From a virus (taxonomy: Duplodnaviria; Heunggongvirae; Uroviricota; Caudoviricetes), in the IMG/VR virus record IMGVR_UViG_2778261360_000001, positions 1 to 8,364 of that record: 8,364 bases of DNA, one strand, 5' to 3'. This document shows, piece by piece, positions 1 through 6,609 of the stretch. A program made the translations under genes and the position numbers. The notes below the pieces were generated by a model. It searched no databases and was not told the origin of the DNA. It worked only from the letters and a program-made list of their open reading frames with translations. Position 1 is the first letter of the stretch; the number at the start of each line of letters is the position of its first letter.

Positions 1-56
1 GAAGCAGAAAAAGCTTATTATGCTTCCATCGGAAACGATGATCTGGCAGCCTGAGT

Positions 57-1064
57 TCACAGATAAAATACTCTCCAGGAAACCCGGGGCGGTTCAGTTT
101 CCAGAAGCGCATCAGTTTCACGGATTGGTACACCACGGAATGAAGTCCACCACTCGCCTTCAGTCTCTTTTACGCTGATAGCCAGAGATGTTTTCTCCAG
201 AGATTGCAGATCAAGAGCCTGGCCTACAGTGCGGTTCATGTAGAACACCGGGCGACCCATGCCACGGTTTGGAATGCGATGCAGTGCTTTAACCATCAAC
301 TTCGCAATATTTGCGGCAGAGGAAGGTTCTGAAAGATTGCTGACATCGATGTTTGCAATGCGAACAACATAACGCCAGTCACGCAGAGCAAGTCCGTTGT
401 CCCATTTGTAATGGGTACGGTAGCCTTCGTACTTGCCGCCATTAACATCTTCCAGTGTCACCTGGCCTTTATCTTCCATCTGGATGCCAGCCTTCTGCCC
501 TTTCGGGAAGATGCCATGCACGGTGTTTTCGCCCCACACCACTAACCAGATTGAGGTGTTATCTGTACCCGTGCCACCAGCATCAATGATGTTCTGAGCA
601 TTACCCGCAGACAGGCTGGAATAGCGGGAGGACAGTCCCATAAACTGCTGAGGGTTAACGCTGGAATCACCATAAAACAACGTCTGCGCCATCTGCTGAT
701 TCATCGCTTCAATAAATGCGCGGTCTTCAGACAGGCGGAATTCGGCGGTATTACCGTTCAGATCAGCCAGTGACTTATCGACTTCAGCATAGGTTTCCAG
801 CATTCCAACGGAATCGGTGACCTGCACTGTGGTTGATTTGCTTGGCTGTACGCCATAGTTCAGCAAACGCCAGGTGGCTGAAGGTAAACCAGAACGAATG
901 GTGGTTCGGTGTCCGGTAGGAAGGTTCCCTTCGACAAAAGGCATATCCTGAAGGATCGGGTTAGTTTGACCGAGAAGCTCGATAATCTTATCGACTTTCC
1001 CGTTTGGATCGACGCGCTTACCCCAGTCAGCCAGCGTTAGCGCAGTTAAGCCTTTAACAGCCAT
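57..1064 (-). CDS. Major capsid (coat) protein, about 335 aa. The start is probably the second ATG at 1064; the longest ORF starts at 1070.
   Basis: Long intact minus-strand ORF directly downstream of the scaffold-like gene, in the canonical portal-scaffold-capsid order. The SD-like AGAGGAA at 1071-1077 gives about 7 nt spacing to the ATG at 1064 but only 0-2 nt to the ATG at 1070. Size (about 37 kDa) fits a coat protein. Family not confirmed by search. Confidence 0.7.
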   Translation of the reverse strand: MAVKGLTALTLADWGKRVDPNGKVDKIIELLGQTNPILQDMPFVEGNLPTGHRTTIRSGLPSATWRLLNYGVQPSKSTTVQVTDSVGMLETYAEVDKSLADLNGNTAEFRLSEDRAFIEAMNQQMAQTLFYGDSSVNPQQFMGLSSRYSSLSAGNAQNIIDAGGTGTDNTSIWLVVWGENTVHGIFPKGQKAGIQMEDKGQVTLEDVNGGKYEGYRTHYKWDNGLALRDWRYVVRIANIDVSNLSEPSSAANIAKLMVKALHRIPNRGMGRPVFYMNRTVGQALDLQSLEKTSLAISVKETEGEWWTSFRGVPIRETDALLETEPPRVSWRVFYL

Positions 1065-1078
1065 TGTCATTTCCTCTC

Positions 1079-1774
1079 TTATTTGCCATAGAGCACTTCG
1101 GCCGCACTACGCTGGCCTTCATTACCACCGGTGACCATGCCATCTTCAGACATCGCCTTTCCGATTTTCACGAACGTTTTGACCAGATCAGGGTGATTAC
1201 CCAGCCCGGTGGTGTTCAGATATTCTTTGAGCTCAGGTGTCCCGAACTGGTCAAGCGCACGCTGTGCGGCGCTAAGGTTAGAAATCAACTTGTCGCCACC
1301 GATTTCTTTGTCAGCTTTTACATCCGCAGCCCACTGCTCGGTTGTTTTCTGCCAGGCTTCTGCCTGGCGCTGCTGAACACCTGCCAGAATCTTCGGATAA
1401 GCATCAACCAGCTTTTGCGCTTGCTCGTTGGTCAGGTTAAGTTCTCGCGCCACCGGCTCGAATTCCTTCAACGCTTCTGTATCCAGCTCTACGCCTTCGG
1501 CAGCCTGAAACTCGTACTTCTCAGGCGCACCCTCTGGTTTATTGCCGTCCTTTTTTTCATCCTGCTTATCGTTTTCAGGCTTTTTGTCATCAGCAGGTTT
1601 ATCGCCATCAGCAACAGGTTGTGGCTTATCACCTTCCTGTTGTGATGGATCACCAACTGGAGCAGGGTTATCACCTGCAGGCGCTGACGGTTCTGACGCA
1701 GCCGGAGCTGCTCCACCATCGACTGGTTGCTCATTGCAAAGACGGCGATACAGCAAACGCTCAAATAAATTCAT
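1079..1774 (-). CDS. Putative scaffolding protein, about 231 aa from the ATG at 1774. The listed ORF begins at a GTG at 1780 that overlaps the upstream stop.
   Basis: Acidic, Lys/Glu/Pro-rich low-complexity N-terminal half and a helical-looking C-terminal half, sitting between portal and capsid. AGGAG lies 5 nt upstream of the ATG at 1774 (minus-strand sequence CAGGAGTGATCATG). Confidence 0.6.
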   Translation of the reverse strand: MNLFERLLYRRLCNEQPVDGGAAPAASEPSAPAGDNPAPVGDPSQQEGDKPQPVADGDKPADDKKPENDKQDEKKDGNKPEGAPEKYEFQAAEGVELDTEALKEFEPVARELNLTNEQAQKLVDAYPKILAGVQQRQAEAWQKTTEQWAADVKADKEIGGDKLISNLSAAQRALDQFGTPELKEYLNTTGLGNHPDLVKTFVKIGKAMSEDGMVTGGNEGQRSAAEVLYGK

Positions 1775-1776
1775 GA

Positions 1777-2073
1777 TCACTCCTGTTCACTGGCCTCTTT
1801 GGCCATCTTCAAATACTGTTCAGGGCAATGCGCCATAACGCGCTGAAACAGTTCCAGCGCCAGATTGCGTTGCCCCTCATTAAATGCCATTGCCATAGCG
1901 TCCATCGGTGAGATAGCGGAAAACACACGGCCTTTCTCCAGCTCCGACCAGACAACGCGACGCCCCTGTTCACTGCTCATGACAAAGCGAATGTCATCAA
2001 TTTCACGCTGCGCCATGTCACGTTGCTTACGGGCGTTTTCTTCTTTCAGTTGATCGTCTTCGTAATCTGTCAT
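1777..2073 (-). CDS. Hypothetical head-assembly-associated protein, 98 aa
   Basis: ATG start overlaps the portal stop (ATGA) and its TGA stop overlaps the scaffold start region, so it is translationally coupled within the operon. No recognisable motif. Confidence 0.55.
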   Translation of the reverse strand: MTDYEDDQLKEENARKQRDMAQREIDDIRFVMSSEQGRRVVWSELEKGRVFSAISPMDAMAMAFNEGQRNLALELFQRVMAHCPEQYLKMAKEASEQE

Positions 2074-3503
2074 TGTGATTGCCCACCCTGACCACTAACT
2101 GCATTCGCCATAGCTGACAAAACACTCGGATCCGAAGTTTTAGCTTCGCTTAGCGTCTTGGCACCCTGTGCCGCCGCCATCCCCATCGCCATCATTTGTT
2201 GCTGCTGTTGCTGCTGTGCCCGTTGCTGGCGAGCCTGCTCAACCTGTTCCTGCGGAACAATGACGGTTGGAGACACTCCGGACATATCAGCGAATGCATC
2301 GATCGCCTGATCAACGTTGAGTTTGTCGAGAGCTTCTGGTTTCGCTTGCGCAAGTTGACCAATGAAGTTAACCGTGGACGCCAGACTGGACAGGCCGATA
2401 GACTTCTGAGCCTGAGCCATGACGGAAATGTATTCGACCTTCAGGGGCATGCCTTCCATCGCGTCAGGCGGTGGCGGCAACATGTTTTTACGCACCATCA
2501 TCGAGAAAGCGCGGTCAATGAGAGGATTAAGACATTCGTCGTTCAGACGCTCCAGAACCGGCCCCAACATCAGAAGTTTTTCTTCTTTCATTTCGATCAC
2601 CGCTTCAACAGGCATCGAGCGGGTATTGATGTTCTGCAACATCATGAACAGATCGACAAAGTAGGCGCTGTTAATGATTTGCCGAGTGTCCTGAATGTCT
2701 GCTACCAGATCTGCTGTACTGGGGTTAACCAGATAAGCAGGCCTGAAGCCATCCTGACCAGTAATCTGATCGATATACGTGATGTCGCCAGGAAGAAGGG
2801 AGGTGCGCTGATTCTTGAGGGAAGTCGGAGCAACCATCGGCGGATTGGTGGCTTTATCAATCAACTGCGACTTGCGCTTCTGGAGAAGCTGCAATGCCTT
2901 AACAGGTCCAAGCGCCAGCATACCCGGGCATGATGATCCATAAACATCTTCGCCGTTAACTTCCCAGCGCGGAGCCATAATTGGAAACTCATCGAATCCT
3001 GACTCACGCAACAACTTGTCGTTATCGCCACCAACCTCGTAATAAACCGATTTGAATGGCTTGTTCTTGCTATCCAGCTTCGATGTATCGCGGTCAATGT
3101 TCGGGTAAACCGAATGCATCACTTCAATCCACTTCTCGTAGGTACCTCTTTCCCACATGCTTTTTACGGATTCGCTGACGTTATTTAGCCCGAACTCCTG
3201 AACAAGCTGACGAACAGTCATAGAGAACTTGCGAAAACAGGTGTCCACACTGCCACGAGGTGAGTTAGCCAGGTAGTAACTGCCTATCGGGAATGGCATT
3301 GTGCGAATGATGTCCTCGTCATCCTCCAGTACCGCCATTGCACCGGTGCTGTATGTGCCGAGGCTTCCGTATAACTGCGGCAGCGACTGATAGAGATTCG
3401 ACTTATTGAACATATCGTTCATGCGGTTCTGCACCGCCTCAAGCCACAACTTAACAGGGCCATAATCCATCATTTCAGGATCTGGCGTAGCCAGCGAAAC
3501 CAC
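2070..3503 (-). CDS. Portal protein, C-terminal segment (frame B) of a frameshifted portal gene. The ORF-finder start is an internal GTG with no SD.
   Basis: 477-codon ORF immediately downstream of terminase and upstream of scaffold and capsid. Its reading frame is open upstream of the nominal GTG and overlaps the end of ORF 3470-3748 in another frame. Contains a poly-Gln tract near the C-terminus. Confidence 0.7.
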   Translation of the reverse strand: MVSLATPDPEMMDYGPVKLWLEAVQNRMNDMFNKSNLYQSLPQLYGSLGTYSTGAMAVLEDDEDIIRTMPFPIGSYYLANSPRGSVDTCFRKFSMTVRQLVQEFGLNNVSESVKSMWERGTYEKWIEVMHSVYPNIDRDTSKLDSKNKPFKSVYYEVGGDNDKLLRESGFDEFPIMAPRWEVNGEDVYGSSCPGMLALGPVKALQLLQKRKSQLIDKATNPPMVAPTSLKNQRTSLLPGDITYIDQITGQDGFRPAYLVNPSTADLVADIQDTRQIINSAYFVDLFMMLQNINTRSMPVEAVIEMKEEKLLMLGPVLERLNDECLNPLIDRAFSMMVRKNMLPPPPDAMEGMPLKVEYISVMAQAQKSIGLSSLASTVNFIGQLAQAKPEALDKLNVDQAIDAFADMSGVSPTVIVPQEQVEQARQQRAQQQQQQQMMAMGMAAAQGAKTLSEAKTSDPSVLSAMANAVSGQGGQSQ

Positions 3504-3748
3504 GGACGCGCGGGGCTTGTGATGCCTGACATCATGCCGCTGGCGAGAGTGCGCGCCGCCATAGTCCCGGTCGAATCAATAATGCGTGTATTGCGTCGAT
3601 CGTTACGGTTGACCTCAGAAGTCAGAAAGCGGGAACCACGCGGGTTGATGTAATCACTCAACTCGCGCCAGTGCGGCTCGAACGACTGACGCTCGCTTTC
3701 AAGTTGTGCGAACTGTTTGTTCAATCGCTCTTTAGTTGTTTCCGCCAT
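3470..3748 (-). CDS. Portal protein, N-terminal segment (frame A); probable 5' part of the same portal gene, interrupted by a frameshift near 3501-3515
   Basis: ATG at 3748 is preceded by GGAG with 8-nt spacing (CGGAGTCATTGAAATG on the minus strand). The ORF ends inside the open upstream frame of the 477-codon ORF. The two pieces together would give a portal of about 560 aa. Confidence 0.6.
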   Translation of the reverse strand: MAETTKERLNKQFAQLESERQSFEPHWRELSDYINPRGSRFLTSEVNRNDRRNTRIIDSTGTMAARTLASGMMSGITSPARPWFRWLRQILK

Positions 3749-3762
3749 TTCAATGACTCCGG

Positions 3763-3969
3763 TTACTGACCAAGCAGCGTTTTACCGCTGGTATTAGCGG
3801 TTGATGTGTCGCCCTGAGAACCGGTAAGCAGCGTAGAACTACGACCAGCAGCAGCGCGACGGCGACGTGTTTCTTCGTCGCGGGCATCAACAACGGCGGC
3901 ATCCTGCTCCTGTGGTGCTGCCTGAACTTCTGGTGTTGCAGGCACTGATGGTGAGCTACCCATGCACAT
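3763..3969 (-). CDS. Small hypothetical protein, 68 aa, Ala/Pro/Gln/Arg-rich and low complexity
   Basis: Its ATG is preceded by exactly the same 12-nt initiation cassette (CGGAGTCATTGA, then 1 nt, then ATG) as the portal N-terminal ORF. Position corresponds to the small gene often found between terminase and portal. Confidence 0.4.
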   Translation of the reverse strand: MCMGSSPSVPATPEVQAAPQEQDAAVVDARDEETRRRRAAAGRSSTLLTGSQGDTSTANTSGKTLLGQ

Positions 3970-4037
3970 ATCAATGACTCCGTACGCAATTAAATTATTA
4001 CCAATTTAACCACATATGATTTATTTATCGTAGATAG

Positions 4038-4066
4038 TTGACATTTAACGCACGAATCATTACCTT
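4038..4066 (+). promoter_or_regulatory. Candidate sigma70-type promoter: TTGACA (4038-4043), 17-bp spacer, TACCTT (4061-4066)
   Basis: Perfect -35 hexamer with a 17-bp spacer and a weak -10 (T1, A2, T6 conserved), in an AT-rich intergenic stretch upstream of the plus-strand leader and tRNA. Confidence 0.3.
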
Positions 4067-4396
4067 TCAGGTAAGCAAAGAGTTCATTCCGGTTATTAAC
4101 CTGACTGGCTTGTCGTTAAATTGAACAGGTGGAGTGAGCTTTTATTTTGAGCAGTACGGCGTATGGCACATGCGCCGATAGCGGTCTGGATACGTTTAAG
4201 GGGCACCCTCCCTTGCTCGAGCAAACGAACCAGGTAGCCGGAATGTGCAAGTCGAGCGGTTTTATTCCGCGCACGGGGATTCACCATCCCGGCGATTCGG
4301 TGTGACGCCTCGGAAGAGACGAGGGTACAACGATGAGAGCATTTATGGAGCCGCGACAAAGTGTGGCGCCTTAACAGGCTAAGTGCTCTCAGCGTT

Positions 4397-4473
4397 GTGG
4401 CATTAGCTCAGTTGGACAGAGCAACCGCCTTCTAAGCGGTTGGTCGCAGGTTCGAATCCTGCATGCCACGCCA
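4397..4473 (+). tRNA. tRNA-Arg, anticodon TCT (reads AGA), 77 nt with encoded CCA
   Basis: Hand-folded cloverleaf: 7-bp acceptor stem (GTGGCAT/ATGCCAC, all Watson-Crick), D-arm GCTC/GAGC with A20, anticodon stem ACCGC/GCGGT, loop CTTCTAA (U33, anticodon TCT, A37), T-arm GCAGG-TTCGAAT-CCTGC, discriminator G, CCA. Resembles host argU but has different acceptor and anticodon stems. Confidence 0.9.
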
Positions 4474-4516
4474 GAATCACGCCTAAGGACCGTGATGCCA
4501 GAAGTTCCAGGGGCTT

Positions 4517-4558
4517 GGCGGTGATGGTTTCCCTTGAAGGACTATCACCGCCCTTTTT
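4517..4558 (+). terminator. Putative intrinsic terminator downstream of the tRNA
   Basis: 9-bp stem GGCGGTGAT (4517-4525) pairing with ATCACCGCC (4544-4552), then C and TTTTT (4554-4558). The loop is large (18 nt). Confidence 0.45.
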
Positions 4559-4636
4559 ACAGCAGGACGCCATTGCGATGACTTCATGCTGTAAACCCGT
4601 ACAGCCACGGAAGGCATAACTCATTGCTTCCAGTTC

Positions 4637-4660
4637 GCCCGGTTCGCCGGGCATTTTTTT
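4637..4660 (+). terminator. Intrinsic terminator or attenuator immediately upstream of the RBS of the 123-aa gene
   Basis: 6-bp GC stem GCCCGG (4637-4642) pairing with CCGGGC (4647-4652) around a TTCG tetraloop, followed by A and TTTTTTT (4654-4660). The T-run runs straight into AAGGTGAGATT-ATG. Confidence 0.6.
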
Positions 4661-4671
4661 AAGGTGAGATT

Positions 4672-5043
4672 ATGAACGACCAGCAAATCGAAAAAGAAAT
4701 CGTTGAGAAAGGCAAAACTGCTCCGCGCGTTACGCCAGACCATATCGGAAGCATTATTGCTCAGGAGGCATATTTCACAGCAGAGGATGGTGCCTTTGGC
4801 AAAGCCATAAAAGCGAAACATACTGGCGGAGAGGTAAACTACCAGCCGCACGAATCACTTTCTCTGCTGACGTTCTGCGTCCTGGTGCTGCGCAACGGCT
4901 TCACCGTCACCGGAGAGAGTTCCTGTGCAAGCCCGGAAAACTTTGATGCAGAAATTGGTCGGAAGATTGCCCGACAGAATGCTGTAAACAAAATCTGGAT
5001 GCTTGAAGGTTACTTGCTGAAGCAGAAGTTAAGCGAGCAATAA
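4672..5043 (+). CDS. Conserved phage protein of unknown function, 123 aa; tentatively resembles the phage Gp49 (N4 gp49 / Sf6 gp66) family
   Basis: Only convincing plus-strand ORF. AAGGTGA SD lies 4-5 nt before the ATG, and it is flanked by terminators on both sides. Family assignment is from memory of the motif and is not verified. Confidence 0.7.
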   Translation: MNDQQIEKEIVEKGKTAPRVTPDHIGSIIAQEAYFTAEDGAFGKAIKAKHTGGEVNYQPHESLSLLTFCVLVLRNGFTVTGESSCASPENFDAEIGRKIARQNAVNKIWMLEGYLLKQKLSEQ

Positions 5044-5046
5044 CAC

Positions 5047-5060
5047 CGTGACATGTCACA
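5047..5060. repeat. 14-bp sequence CGTGACATGTCACA with a 12-bp perfect palindrome core (GTGACATGTCAC), copy 1
   Basis: Identical 14-mer also at 7312-7325. Lies just after the stop of the 123-aa gene and in the 3' flank of terminase large. Confidence 0.8.
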
Positions 5061-5063
5061 AAC

Positions 5064-5090
5064 AGCCAGCCTATGAGCTGGCTTTGTTTT
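5064..5090. terminator. Bidirectional intrinsic terminator between the convergent 123-aa gene and terminase large subunit
   Basis: 7-bp stem AGCCAGC (5064-5070) pairing with GCTGGCT (5077-5083), 6-nt loop, TTGTTTT on the plus side; AAAACAAA precedes the hairpin on the minus-strand transcript and a GTTTGTG tract follows it. Confidence 0.6.
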
Positions 5091-5133
5091 ATCCTCACCA
5101 GAGGATATCAACGACATTATCCCCACCAGAGGA

Positions 5134-6609
5134 TTAAGCATAGGGATCGTAATCTGTGATGGCCTTGCCTTGCTGGTTCTGCTGCCCGGGAATTCGCAGA
5201 CGCTTCGACACAGGGAACGCAAACGTCAGCAGTAGCGCATCGCCTTTACCAGGAGAACGCCCAAGCCGCTCTTTGATATCTTCCTTCGGTTCGATAACGA
5301 TTTTACCGTCCACTCGAACTTTGTACTCTGCCGCCGACAGGTCGTCCGCTGTTTCCTGGTCATCCAGCATGCCGCCGAGCCTCAGCCATGTCTTGCATGC
5401 ATTGAACATCTCCCCACGCTTGTTAAGCATCTGCGGGTCAGTGGACGCACCGCCGAACGGAACAAGTTGCCATGTACGACCCCAGCCGTCACCGATTGAC
5501 TTCAGACCGGTACCGTAACCAAAGTCGATGAACACTGCGTCAGCCTGATACTGGTCTTCAAAGTCAGCGATACGCTTCGCCATAATCAGATCGTCGGTGG
5601 TCTTGTTACCAGTCCATAGCACCTTACTGTGCAGCCCCTGCCGCAGGTATATCACAGCGTCATCAACGCCGGAGTATGCCGGGTCAACGCCGATTATCAC
5701 CGGAGCATGTGCAACCTGCGCAGCGGTTACCACCCGTTTCATTGCCTCGTCAGTAAGGCCGGTAGGGATAAACTGCAATTCAGATGCATCCGGGAATATG
5801 CCGCGCACACGGATTTTAACGAAGTCGCTGTCTTCCCCGTAGTCATCAACCCATTTCTGCAACTGCTGTTTGTTAGTGCCTTCCACCGTCCGGCTGTCAA
5901 TCTGCGCAGTTTTCCAGCGGTGTTTATATTTGCGGAAACATTCGCGAAAACGCCCGGTGTTACGTGTAGGGTTTCCGAACGCCACCCAGATGATTTCGGT
6001 GTCTTCGTCCGTCAGCGCACCCTCTGCTACCTCCCACACCAGATCGGCAATGTTCGACGCTTCATCGAATACCACGATGATGCGTTTGCGCTCGTTGTGT
6101 AGTCCGGCGAATGCCTCAGTGTTGTGCTCAGACCAGGGGATTGCGTCAGCTCGCCACCGCTTGTCATGCCCAGGGTCATTGCTGTACATCGCGGTAGCAG
6201 TACAGGTAAACCAGTATTTCGTGATAGCAAGGTTCGACCACTTGATAATTTCCGGCCAGGTCTTCGTTCGTAGCTGGTTGTCGGTGTTGGCGGTCACCAC
6301 GACCTTACAATCCTCGCAAGTGGACATGCCCCAGTTGATCAGCATTGAGATGAATGCGGATTTACCAATACCGTGACCCGAAGCACGTGCCAGCATAAGC
6401 GGCTGATAGCGCGTCTCTGGATTCTGCAGGTGATCACGTATCTCTCGGAACGCATCAGCCTGCCACTTACGTGGACCGGTGGCATGTGCTAATTCAGTCC
6501 CCTCTTCCCCCCACGGGAACGCATAGAGGGCATAGCCAAGCGGATCGTGAGTGAACCCTGCAATATCCTCGATCAACTGCTCTTCAGGAGATAACGCTGT
6601 ATCTGTCAC
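5134..6609 (-). CDS. Terminase large subunit, 491 aa, GTG start overlapping the terminase small stop (GTGA)
   Basis: P-loop-like motif (ASGHGIGKS) in the N-terminal ATPase region, acidic-residue-rich C-terminal half consistent with a nuclease domain, size, and translational coupling to the upstream small-subunit gene. AGGA lies about 9 nt upstream of the GTG. Confidence 0.88.
   Translation of the reverse strand: MTDTALSPEEQLIEDIAGFTHDPLGYALYAFPWGEEGTELAHATGPRKWQADAFREIRDHLQNPETRYQPLMLARASGHGIGKSAFISMLINWGMSTCEDCKVVVTANTDNQLRTKTWPEIIKWSNLAITKYWFTCTATAMYSNDPGHDKRWRADAIPWSEHNTEAFAGLHNERKRIIVVFDEASNIADLVWEVAEGALTDEDTEIIWVAFGNPTRNTGRFRECFRKYKHRWKTAQIDSRTVEGTNKQQLQKWVDDYGEDSDFVKIRVRGIFPDASELQFIPTGLTDEAMKRVVTAAQVAHAPVIIGVDPAYSGVDDAVIYLRQGLHSKVLWTGNKTTDDLIMAKRIADFEDQYQADAVFIDFGYGTGLKSIGDGWGRTWQLVPFGGASTDPQMLNKRGEMFNACKTWLRLGGMLDDQETADDLSAAEYKVRVDGKIVIEPKEDIKERLGRSPGKGDALLLTFAFPVSKRLRIPGQQNQQGKAITDYDPYA

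Noticed and set aside
1-26. Inverted repeat GAAGCA...TGCTTC at the window start, downstream of the capsid stop
   Set aside because: It may be the capsid-gene terminator hairpin, but the downstream flank is outside the window so the T-run cannot be assessed.
1064-1838. Plus-strand ORFs 1064-1645 (193 aa) and 1542-1838 (98 aa), and minus-strand ORF 1489-1764, overlapping the scaffold gene
   Set aside because: They lie antisense to or out of frame with a well-supported gene, have Leu/Phe/Arg-rich or low-complexity junk composition, and have no SD.
2196-2933. Plus-strand 245-aa ORF antisense to the portal, plus small ORFs 1865-2053, 2419-2664 and 2861-3097
   Set aside because: Antisense shadow ORFs inside the portal coding region (the 245-aa one begins with poly-Leu from the CAG/CAA repeat). 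No initiation signals.
3470-3503. Programmed ribosomal frameshift in the portal
   Set aside because: No canonical slippery heptamer or downstream pseudoknot is evident in the overlap, and portals are not known to use recoding. A mutation or sequencing indel is more parsimonious.
3750-3989. 79-aa minus-strand ORF overlapping the 68-aa ORF in another frame
   Set aside because: His/Cys/Arg-rich and implausible composition, no SD, whereas the 68-aa frame has the conserved initiation cassette.
4100-4396. Possible second tRNA, or an RNase P, tmRNA or retron-type RNA, upstream of tRNA-Arg
   Set aside because: I could not fold any segment into a complete cloverleaf with a conserved T-loop or U33. 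There is no resemblance to RNase P or tmRNA conserved regions and no reverse transcriptase nearby. Left as an unclassified structured region.
4096-4654. Minus-strand ORFs 4096-4359 (87 aa) and 4403-4654 (83 aa)
   Set aside because: The second runs antisense through the tRNA and the first through the structured non-coding region. Both are Arg-rich with no RBS and are most likely non-coding.
5047-5060. CRP-binding or LexA-box interpretation of the GTGACATGTCAC palindrome
   Set aside because: The half-site spacing (GTGA-N4-TCAC) does not match CRP (TGTGA-N6-TCACA) or LexA (CTGT-N8-ACAG) architecture.
5156-6376. Plus-strand ORFs inside the terminase large gene (5156-5518, 5597-5842, 5629-6102, 5870-6376) and minus-strand 6027-6230
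   Set aside because: Overlapping antisense or out-of-frame ORFs with Ser/Arg/Cys-rich composition typical of non-coding frames of a GC-balanced gene.
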